Sequence record: MN047793.1
Length of the DNA: 64,000 nt
Strand: one strand, 5' to 3'
In this document: positions 29,244 to 37,344 of the stretch, piece after piece
Layout of the letters: every line of letters begins with the position of its first letter
How positions within the stretch are numbered: position 1 is the first letter of the stretch
Translations under genes and position numbers: made by a program
Notes under the pieces: generated by a model
Told to the model about the DNA's origin: nothing
Database searches by the model: none
Seen by the model: only the letters and a program-made list of their open reading frames with translations

Positions 29244-29939
29244 TTATTTAGAGCTAACTAGTTCAAAATCTTCATCCCACACATTCTGTCCGACCTTTTT
29301 AATTATATTATCTTTGTATTCAGTATCTGTAGATACATCAGGCCATCTAATAGTTATCTTATGCTCATCTGAATAACTATCCCATACATTCTTACATACT
29401 GAGGTAAGTTTACCTGTAGCAACTAAAATTACTTTACCAGATGATGCTCTGGTCGATGCTGACACCGCATCTAATGGAATTTTAGTAAATCCATTTACAT
29501 CTAATAGAAATACGGTATTGGCACTTCTTCCTCTTCCGGTATTAATCGAATTAATGTCTAAAACGATGATTGCATCATTATCGAATTTAATACATCTGTT
29601 ATTTGATACAACAATTTTGGGCTTTAAGAAATCTGGTAGAGTATCAATAGCATTCAATAATGTAGTACGTAATTCTCCAAGCTGACTTAATTTACTGGTG
29701 ACAGCCAATGTCAGGTGGCGTGGTTTAAATAACAATTCCCATAAAATATACGCCACACTTGCATATGATGTTCCACTTTCTCTATACGCATTAACTAATA
29801 GTAGTTGTGAAGAATCTATACGATTAAGTAGTTCGACCTGATGGTCGTATAATGGTCGTACACCATCACCCATATAAGTATTAATGAAGTATTGGTGATC
29901 GGTTTCGCATTTTACATATTCGGTAATGATGTCAGTCAT
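29244..29939 (-). CDS. Terminase ATPase-domain paralog with degenerate P-loop, no nuclease domain
   Basis: CETDHQYFINTY/LYDHQ vs CERDPIYFIRNY/LYDYQ in gp17; YRESGTS vs ARQTGKT; WDEDFEL vs WEQEFEC. Confidence 0.7.
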   Translation of the reverse strand: MTDIITEYVKCETDHQYFINTYMGDGVRPLYDHQVELLNRIDSSQLLLVNAYRESGTSYASVAYILWELLFKPRHLTLAVTSKLSQLGELRTTLLNAIDTLPDFLKPKIVVSNNRCIKFDNDAIIVLDINSINTGRGRSANTVFLLDVNGFTKIPLDAVSASTRASSGKVILVATGKLTSVCKNVWDSYSDEHKITIRWPDVSTDTEYKDNIIKKVGQNVWDEDFELVSSK

Positions 29940-29993
29940 ATATAAGTCTCTAAGTTGTGAATTATATAGACGCAAATAAAAACTGTGAGCATA

Positions 29994-30017
29994 AAAAAGG
30001 GCCTTTCGGCCCTTTTT
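29994..30017 (-). terminator. Intrinsic terminator, GAAA loop
   Basis: AAAAAGGGCC-GAAA-GGCCCTTTTT. Confidence 0.8.
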
Positions 30018-30018
30018 A

Positions 30019-31161
30019 TTATCCTAGTAAGATTTCTGTGTGGGTATTATACGATTTCAGTAAATCACTTACATCGAGCAACTTATAGTAATTACTTACA
30101 TCATTTTCATATGTACCATATCGTGTTGCAAACTTTGCTGTAGGATGAAACGAATCTGGGGTAATGGATACGCCTAATGGTAACACTGTTGTATATGGAG
30201 CAAATATGTAGCCTACGTCAACTGGACCGGATTTACCCTTATAACCAATAAGAACTTTTCCGGAAAGACTACTAGCCATTGATGAATACACCTGAATGTC
30301 GTTACTTAACGTTCCTACGTGTATGATACTTGAATAACTACAATCACCACTAAATGTAGTTCCCACTGACTCAAATAGTTTGCTATTTTGTAATAATGAC
30401 ACAACATCAGGTGATGTCACTATCACATTACTATTACCGCGCAGTGTGTCGCGTGCAATAGCACGACTGTCTCGGTTAATTGATTGTATCAATTTTCCGA
30501 CTATTGCTTCTACTGAATTTGCTGAAAGTTCTACCAGTGAAGTTTTATCAGCTAATTCTGTTAGGTTATGCAATACTAAAGTTGTAATTTCATTTGAAAT
30601 TTCTGATCCAACAGCATTAACCAATTCAGTAGTAATATCTAAGTCATGTCGATTATTAAAATCTTGAGCCGCTTCAATACTATATTGAACATTAAGTTTT
30701 TTACTAAAAGCTTCTACCACATTACTAACAATTTCTAATTTAGCAGTTGGTAAAAGCTGCCCAATTCCTAACAATGTTCCGCCAGCATCAGATTTAGGCG
30801 GTGTATATTTCATAATAAACACCTTTGATACCGGTGCTGATATGGGTTGAACTCCTACAATAGGGTCCAATTCCGCATAAGCGTTAACGGCTCTAAACAC
30901 AATATCTAATGTTCTATGAGCTTCGTCACTATCTTTAGTTGATTCCATAATCAACTTTACTTGAACAGGTAATACATATTTAAGCAATTCAGACGATGGA
31001 GAGGTTTCTAGAAAATGTTCTACTTTAGCGTCCAGCTGCTTTTGTAATAAAGCCGCTTCCTTCTTAACAACCCATTTCTTAATTTCTGACAGCCACTTGC
31101 GAGTAGTTACTGGACTGAGTTTATTTAACAGAAACTCTTCAACCTTTTTTAAATTTAACAT
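30019..31161 (-). CDS. Major capsid protein paralog (gp23/gp24-like)
   Basis: IVGVQPISAP, YSIEAAQD, IARDTLRGNSN, LIGYKG, VGYIFAPY, ATRYG all align with the MCP at 45720..47111. Confidence 0.8.
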   Translation of the reverse strand: MLNLKKVEEFLLNKLSPVTTRKWLSEIKKWVVKKEAALLQKQLDAKVEHFLETSPSSELLKYVLPVQVKLIMESTKDSDEAHRTLDIVFRAVNAYAELDPIVGVQPISAPVSKVFIMKYTPPKSDAGGTLLGIGQLLPTAKLEIVSNVVEAFSKKLNVQYSIEAAQDFNNRHDLDITTELVNAVGSEISNEITTLVLHNLTELADKTSLVELSANSVEAIVGKLIQSINRDSRAIARDTLRGNSNVIVTSPDVVSLLQNSKLFESVGTTFSGDCSYSSIIHVGTLSNDIQVYSSMASSLSGKVLIGYKGKSGPVDVGYIFAPYTTVLPLGVSITPDSFHPTAKFATRYGTYENDVSNYYKLLDVSDLLKSYNTHTEILLG

Positions 31162-31211
31162 ATTAATCCTTAGTTTGATTTTATATAGTGGTACTTTTGA
31201 AACGTGAGCGC

Positions 31212-32117
31212 TTAACTAGTCCATGTAGAGTCGTGATTTACGTTGTTATCATAAATCGCCCATTCTACAATATCTTTAGCTCCAAACTCATAACCGCTTT
31301 CGGCCAGTTCACCTTTAAGGCGCCCTAATCGTGCTAGAAAGGTTTCATAATCACAATCATTATGACGAATAGTAATCATGAAGATAACTGTACCATTGTT
31401 ATGTTTTTTAAGCGCATTACGTGATAAATGTGACCCTGGGTGACGCTTACATAGGTAATAAAGACTTTCTTCCTTACCATCTGGTACCGTAACTGGAATA
31501 TGAGCTTCAAAGTAGTTGTCATCTGATCGTTCAGTAGATGAATGCGGGTGCCACGGCACCGTCTCAATCTTCTGCCTTACTACCCGATAGCCACGGTCTT
31601 CCAATTCAACAGTAATACGATCTACCTCATCGATTACCGTCTTATTAGTACCTACTAAGGTAGATGAGGTCATTACATCCTTAATAACTCCATTAGATTT
31701 TGTATGGAGGTCAAGCACTACTGGCTTTACTCCGATATCCTTACAGTCGATAAGGAACTTCTCATAAGATTCAGCCTGTTTGACTGTTACATGAATCTCA
31801 TAAGGATATGCGTCTTGACTAGGCATACTCTGAAGTTTTTCCCAATAGTAAGTCTTTTGGGTAAGGGCTTTGATCAGCTTTTCGTCAGAAATTTTACAGC
31901 GCATAGCGATTGATGCTGCTACTAGAATTACGTCAGCTACCGCAAGAGCAAGCATCTCCTTATCTACAAACTTATGGCGTGAGCCTTCAGCATTATCGTA
32001 TGGTAGGACAACCTTTGCCAGTTCTCCACCTTCTTCAAATAGTTTAAGGGCTTGTTGAGATAGCGACTTACTATCTTTCAGAGATAGTTGCCGAATGTGT
32101 TCAATTAGTTCTTTCAT
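31212..32117 (-). CDS. MazG-like NTP pyrophosphohydrolase domain fused to an uncharacterised C-terminal domain
   Basis: LKLFEEGGELAK...VADV; C-terminal YEIHVTV and YFEAHIPV. Confidence 0.6.
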   Translation of the reverse strand: MKELIEHIRQLSLKDSKSLSQQALKLFEEGGELAKVVLPYDNAEGSRHKFVDKEMLALAVADVILVAASIAMRCKISDEKLIKALTQKTYYWEKLQSMPSQDAYPYEIHVTVKQAESYEKFLIDCKDIGVKPVVLDLHTKSNGVIKDVMTSSTLVGTNKTVIDEVDRITVELEDRGYRVVRQKIETVPWHPHSSTERSDDNYFEAHIPVTVPDGKEESLYYLCKRHPGSHLSRNALKKHNNGTVIFMITIRHNDCDYETFLARLGRLKGELAESGYEFGAKDIVEWAIYDNNVNHDSTWTS

Positions 32118-32160
32118 TACAAGTTTCCATTAATGTTTAAATAGTATCATATTTCAGATA

Positions 32161-32194
32161 AAAAGAAAAGGACGATTTCTCGTCCTTTTCTTTT
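32161..32194 (-). terminator. Intrinsic terminator, GAAA loop
   Basis: AAAAGAAAAGGACGA-GAAA-TCGTCCTTTTCTTTT. Confidence 0.85.
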
Positions 32195-32211
32195 TCATAT
32201 TAGTTGAGGAA

Positions 32212-32778
32212 TCACTTACGAATTTGAATTCCGTCATCAACACCAGTAGCATAAGCCTTATTGGAATGTGTGCTGGTGATAACTTTAATTTCATCAAGGT
32301 CAATGCGTGGGAAATCATTTACCTTACTGAGCCAGAATCCTGACCATAGACGCTTAAGCTGGGTAGTGTAAGCCCGCTTTTGGTCAATCAATTCTCTCTG
32401 AGAATTAGTGAACTCTTCTCGATTGGCTTCGATGCGCTGAGATAGTCGTGTATACAATGTGGGGTCTAGGTTAGGATTCTGTTCCTTAATCCATTGCATA
32501 ACAGCACCGGACCCATTCTCGCCATAGCGACCCTGCATTGCAGCAGCATATACTTCTTTCAGGTCATCACGATACATTGTGTTAACCTGTGCCATTTCAG
32601 CAATCTGAGTAGAGTGCTTACCTAACATTTGTTGGTTATCAGTTAGCTTGGCTTTCAACGATTCCTCGGTTGAGACACCATAGTTATCATACGATACGTA
32701 AGAAACTACAGCAGTGAGGCCAACAAGAGCAGTAATAAACAGTAGAGCAGCTAGAATTACAACAGTGAGCTTATTCAT
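32212..32778 (-). CDS. Membrane-anchored helical protein (LemA-like topology)
   Basis: N-terminal TM helix then all-helical soluble domain. Confidence 0.55.
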   Translation of the reverse strand: MNKLTVVILAALLFITALVGLTAVVSYVSYDNYGVSTEESLKAKLTDNQQMLGKHSTQIAEMAQVNTMYRDDLKEVYAAAMQGRYGENGSGAVMQWIKEQNPNLDPTLYTRLSQRIEANREEFTNSQRELIDQKRAYTTQLKRLWSGFWLSKVNDFPRIDLDEIKVITSTHSNKAYATGVDDGIQIRK

Positions 32779-32779
32779 T

Positions 32780-33985
32780 TTATTTCCTTTTTAGAATTTT
32801 GTAGTAATCACTACGGGTTAGGTTTCGGTGGTTATGTACAAGTGAATCGAATGGGTTGTTATTATAAAAGTACAGCGTCATCCCTGTCAAGATAATTAAT
32901 TGAAAGATTACGAATCCAAGTAGTGCTGCCATAGATGGTGTGTATTCATCTTTAAGGTATTCATAGTCTTTCATTTCCTTACGGTGAAAATATTCTTTGA
33001 TAGATGAAGTAATCGTAGTCCCTAAAATCAATGGGTCATCAAATTTACCCGTCTTAGCAACATCTTTTATACGGTCACGTAATTGAACTGCAAGCATTTC
33101 ATTACCAGAATTTTTACCAAAGGTAATCGTATCTACCCATGTAAGTTGTCCAGATTCCATACCCATAATTACAATAACGTCATTTTTCTTACCGCCTAAC
33201 CAAGCACGCTCTAGAGCATATCTATATTCAGGCAAATTAGTTCCTACAAATACTGCAATGATATTGACTTGTTTAGTTCCACCAAGAACACGCAATTCAT
33301 TATTTAAAAATAAATTAAGCTCTTGGGCCTTCGGATACGATGCTTTTACCTGAACGATGCGATTATATCGATAATAATCATAAATTTCAGGATACGCAGG
33401 AATCATACCCGCCCACTTTGTGATGTCAGCGTCTTTCTCTTTCATTGAAAAGAGGCTTGATGGAGAAGCCATTACATAATTCAAATACGTATCACTATTT
33501 GATGCAGGCTCTCCAATTTTAACTTCACTCCATCGTGGAGGAGTGTTTACTCCTTGCCGGTCAATACGTGATATTTCCATTGTACCGACGGTAGTATACA
33601 CATTCCAATCATAGTCTACGCTATGTTCATAACATGTTGAACATGTAGTAGTACATGTCCGTTGCGCTCCTGTGCCGGAGCATGATTGATAACAATTACA
33701 TTGGTAGCTATGACTGCACGATACGGTCTGCTGCTCCTTACCAGTAACACTACCGTTTACGATAGCATAATCATACATGTCCTTATAATAAACACATGCT
33801 AGAAAAATTCCGCCTACAAGAGATGTAATAGATGCTTTAACCAGCATCTCTGTTGTACTAATCTTATGAGGAAATAGTAGATGTGCAGCCACAGACCAAA
33901 CAACAATAACAACGATGCTGATGATAAACAGAATCATGAGAGGTTTCCTAAATGTTGACTTATAATAAATCAACAAATTCTTCAT
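32780..33985 (-). CDS. Membrane protein with Cys-rich periplasmic segment and C-terminal TM helix
   Basis: Two N-terminal TM helices, CSHSYQCNC...CTTTCSTCYEH, C-terminal TM. Confidence 0.65.
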   Translation of the reverse strand: MKNLLIYYKSTFRKPLMILFIISIVVIVVWSVAAHLLFPHKISTTEMLVKASITSLVGGIFLACVYYKDMYDYAIVNGSVTGKEQQTVSCSHSYQCNCYQSCSGTGAQRTCTTTCSTCYEHSVDYDWNVYTTVGTMEISRIDRQGVNTPPRWSEVKIGEPASNSDTYLNYVMASPSSLFSMKEKDADITKWAGMIPAYPEIYDYYRYNRIVQVKASYPKAQELNLFLNNELRVLGGTKQVNIIAVFVGTNLPEYRYALERAWLGGKKNDVIVIMGMESGQLTWVDTITFGKNSGNEMLAVQLRDRIKDVAKTGKFDDPLILGTTITSSIKEYFHRKEMKDYEYLKDEYTPSMAALLGFVIFQLIILTGMTLYFYNNNPFDSLVHNHRNLTRSDYYKILKRK

Positions 33986-33993
33986 GTCAAGTA

Positions 33994-34143
33994 CTATCGT
34001 ACATGTGGATCAACACCTGTTCCTGAACAGAACATGCACGTGGTTGGACCATTCTCTTTACACGCTTCACATATAACGGTCCCATCACACGTTTCGCATA
34101 GCAATACTCCACTACCTAAACAAATTAAACACTCATCATGCAT
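33994..34143 (-). CDS. 49-aa DnaJ-type zinc-finger mini-protein (not in ORF track)
   Basis: MHDECLICLGSGVLLCETCDGTVICEACKENGPTTCMFCSGTGVDPHVR: four CxxC, two with CxxCxGxG. Confidence 0.75.
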   Translation of the reverse strand: MHDECLICLGSGVLLCETCDGTVICEACKENGPTTCMFCSGTGVDPHVR

Positions 34144-34876
34144 CAATATAGTCCACTGAGTGATAATTTGACATAGTTCTTTTCATAATTGAATAAGCAT
34201 ACGGACTTATAATAACAAGCCGTGGTACTACTTCCTCGGTAACAGTAATTCTGTCCAAGGCATTAGCCTCATACATTCCATCATAAGGCATATATGACGG
34301 TTTATTAAGTTTTCTGTGTCTGAGTGAAGCTATATCCGCCTGTATTCTATAAAAGTTATCATCAGTCATGGCTCCGCATGGATCGTCTATACAGATTGTA
34401 TTGATATCATATGGTATGCGATACCCTCGGTATACACTAGACATAGTTTCCCATTCGAGCATTGTCTTATTGTATTCATTGGAAATTATATTACTACCCC
34501 TGGTGCGTGCTAAGTCATTACGTAAGTACATATATGCAGTTTCATACATATCTTTACTATACGCATAATGGTGATTATTAGGCACTATTAATAAATTACT
34601 TATATTATAATAAACGGAAATTTCCCATAGCAAATAATTCGCTATAATTGTACTAATTCCTCTCCCACGGTTAGTATTATGTGTATTAATAAACACATAA
34701 TCGTTAGACAACATCGAATCTAAAATTCGTTGCTGTAATTTGTTAATTCGCCTACCTTGAAGGCCCATATGAAGCATGATGGAGGTATTTGCACATCTAG
34801 ATAACATAAAAAATCCTACATTTGACTGTAGGATTTTTTCATACTTATTACGACTTGTCAATACTTGGCTCGCCAA
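34136..34876 (-). CDS. Second, more degenerate terminase-ATPase-like protein
   Basis: NKLQQRILDSM...NRGRGISTIIANYLLWE parallels LYDHQVELL...RESGTSYASVAYILWE; ICIDD at Walker B position. Confidence 0.45.
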   Translation of the reverse strand: MASQVLTSRNKYEKILQSNVGFFMLSRCANTSIMLHMGLQGRRINKLQQRILDSMLSNDYVFINTHNTNRGRGISTIIANYLLWEISVYYNISNLLIVPNNHHYAYSKDMYETAYMYLRNDLARTRGSNIISNEYNKTMLEWETMSSVYRGYRIPYDINTICIDDPCGAMTDDNFYRIQADIASLRHRKLNKPSYMPYDGMYEANALDRITVTEEVVPRLVIISPYAYSIMKRTMSNYHSVDYIDA

Positions 34877-36558
34877 CGTCCATTTATAATATGAATTAGA
34901 GTGCGCTTACCATCTGGGTACACCACGGCATGCGTAGTTAGCCATGAACTAGGGCCGCTATTATAGCCTAAGTCCAGTTCGCTACTAGTACCCACTTGAT
35001 AAACGCCTTCATAAATTCCTGGGCTATGACTATGACCAATGATTGCCTTGGCTCCAATCTTACTCATATTCTGAATTGATCCGCGAGCACCGTTTGGTCC
35101 TTGGTCGCCATGGAATCCCAGTTCGATATTACCTACTGTCAAGGATTCATCACGCTTTAAGAAATGGGTATTGTCCGCAGCCTTTAAACCGGTCTGCTGA
35201 TCTGGATTGAAGCACCAGAATTCAAATGGATCAAACGCAGAGAACCTACCATTACCAGTCTGCTTGACACTCTTATACTGGTTATATTTCATATAGTAAA
35301 AGAATCGTGCATTCTTTGGATCATTTAATGGATTAGCTTCGCGTAGCCAACGGTCAAATGCTTCGTCGTGATTACTCTTAACGATAACATTTAATGATTC
35401 TGGATCATTGTACTTGTCCACCAAGTCCGCAGAAATTTGTAGTTCCGCTTCAACATCATCGTTACCAATTAAATGCTTTGCGAAGTTAAGTAAATCGTCT
35501 CCACGGTGATGGTGATTACGTGAATAGAAGTCAGTAAGGTCATGGAACACGCGCATCTCTGGACGTAAGACTTTGACGATACTATCTTCATTTGAGTAGG
35601 TAGCAGCTTCTACTTGCTTATCCAGAAACATTGCATGCGTATCGCCGGTCACTAATGCTGCTACACGATGGCCTGTAGTAATTTCATTAGTTGTGTAATA
35701 CGAGTCTAGATCATAGAATGATCCATCTGAATGGGAATGGACGTGACGAATATGGAATTCTTCATCAGTTACTTCCACTACCAACGCAGCAAGACTGTGG
35801 TGGAACTCACCCTTAAATCCTGCTTTGGAATCAGTATAGTTAGGGATAGTTACCGCACCAGTTGTAGTAAGAATCTTAGGAAGTTCCTTATTTGGCGTAG
35901 GTACAGTCTTTAGTTGAACCTTTGGGTGTCCGAACACTGCTGATGATGAACCAGTATATCCCTCAAATCCTGAAAGAGGTTGTACGGCTGTTGGTTGAAT
36001 CTTAACACCGCCGACAAGTACTAATTCTGGACAGATTTTTAGATTACCACGAACCATATACGGGTCTAATGCACTATCCCAAGTCTCATAATCTTTATCT
36101 GTGAATACTGATGTAGGATTCTTGTATCGATATGGAATGACTAAAAGTTCTGCGTTATTTTCTTCGCAATAATTTAATAGCGAAGCAAAAAACGGTTGAT
36201 GGATAGGTGTGTTATTTTGCGCGGAAGTAATCAGGTAACGGCCGACGCGACGTGGACCATCTGATTTAATCGTGTCAACGATGCTGCTAGCAGATGCGAT
36301 CTTACTTTTTGCTTCAGCAATTTCTTTACGAAACTTATCAAGTTTATCTGGAGTTAGCGTGGACACGCCATCTTTAAGTTTTGGTAGAGATACACCAGAT
36401 TGGTACTTGACGTTTAGGACACGACGCCTAATAGAATCTGCTTTGATTCCGAAGAAATCGGCAAGATCATTATTGGTCCACTTGTGTTTATGTGCGGTGC
36501 GATAATGTAGAACGAAATCTTCTAACTCTTGACGACGCTTTATATCTTTATGAGACAT
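34858..36558 (-). CDS. Large calcineurin-like metallophosphoesterase/nuclease with N-terminal HTH-like region (T5 A1-like)
   Basis: ITSAQNNTP, GDTH, HDLTDF, SNHD, FHGD, GHSHS. Confidence 0.65.
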   Translation of the reverse strand: MSHKDIKRRQELEDFVLHYRTAHKHKWTNNDLADFFGIKADSIRRRVLNVKYQSGVSLPKLKDGVSTLTPDKLDKFRKEIAEAKSKIASASSIVDTIKSDGPRRVGRYLITSAQNNTPIHQPFFASLLNYCEENNAELLVIPYRYKNPTSVFTDKDYETWDSALDPYMVRGNLKICPELVLVGGVKIQPTAVQPLSGFEGYTGSSSAVFGHPKVQLKTVPTPNKELPKILTTTGAVTIPNYTDSKAGFKGEFHHSLAALVVEVTDEEFHIRHVHSHSDGSFYDLDSYYTTNEITTGHRVAALVTGDTHAMFLDKQVEAATYSNEDSIVKVLRPEMRVFHDLTDFYSRNHHHRGDDLLNFAKHLIGNDDVEAELQISADLVDKYNDPESLNVIVKSNHDEAFDRWLREANPLNDPKNARFFYYMKYNQYKSVKQTGNGRFSAFDPFEFWCFNPDQQTGLKAADNTHFLKRDESLTVGNIELGFHGDQGPNGARGSIQNMSKIGAKAIIGHSHSPGIYEGVYQVGTSSELDLGYNSGPSSWLTTHAVVYPDGKRTLIHIINGRWRAKY

Positions 36559-36569
36559 GTTATTTCCTG

Positions 36570-37064
36570 TTATTCTTTATCTTTCTTTACTTCTACTACT
36601 TCAACATCAATGGTGTTCTTTTCTTCAGCTTCACGTGCATCACGAAGCTGTTTTAGTAAATCATTACGATCCATAACAAGTAGAGTTTGTGAGTTTGTGC
36701 TTTTACTAGCAGCATTCTTTCTCGCAATAAGTCTATCTTTGTTTTCTTTAAGTTGTGCCTTTTTTGATAATGCCGCCAGAGCAGTATTCAATAATTGATT
36801 ACTTACTTCGGTAAGGCGAGCAACTAACTTAGTGTCCGCAGTGTCAACCATTTCTTGGATATTATCATATCCACTTAAGGCAGCGTCTGCGATTTCTTGG
36901 AAAGATGATTCAATTTCCTTATCCTTTGGATCAAACTCTTCATAATCTGCAATCTCTGTATTACGTTGGTACTTAATTACCTCCGTAGTTCCTGGCTCTA
37001 TGTTCAAAAAATCCTCTAACGGGTTTTCTGCAAGTTTTTCGATTATGTCAATTTTGCGAATCAT
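36570..37064 (-). CDS. Probable terminase small subunit (gp16-like)
   Basis: ARLTEVSNQLL...TNSQTLLVMDRNDLLKQL resembles gp16-type R..EV...L....NN.L~G...DL.K.L; AATAAATA at 37087..37094. Confidence 0.5.
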   Translation of the reverse strand: MIRKIDIIEKLAENPLEDFLNIEPGTTEVIKYQRNTEIADYEEFDPKDKEIESSFQEIADAALSGYDNIQEMVDTADTKLVARLTEVSNQLLNTALAALSKKAQLKENKDRLIARKNAASKSTNSQTLLVMDRNDLLKQLRDAREAEEKNTIDVEVVEVKKDKE

Positions 37065-37089
37065 GATTGGATACCTTTAGTGACTCTAT

Positions 37090-37344
37090 TTATTGGTCAC
37101 TAGAGGTTGTGTCCTGTGTTTTCTTTGAAACCCATTCCGTGATTTGTTCCTTAATCTGAACCAGTTTAGCATTGTACAATATCTCAGTCTGCTCCAATTT
37201 AAACACCGCATTGGTACGATCTTGATTATACACGTCCAATGTTTTAATTTCATTTTGAATCTCAAGTGGTAAGTCTAACACAGAAACCGATTGGTTATCT
37301 ACTGTGATGTTTTCTGTTGGAACTGTAACAAGTGGGTATTTCAT
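37090..37344 (-). CDS. Hypothetical protein
   Basis: 84-aa ORF coupled to the helicase stop. Confidence 0.6.
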   Translation of the reverse strand: MKYPLVTVPTENITVDNQSVSVLDLPLEIQNEIKTLDVYNQDRTNAVFKLEQTEILYNAKLVQIKEQITEWVSKKTQDTTSSDQ

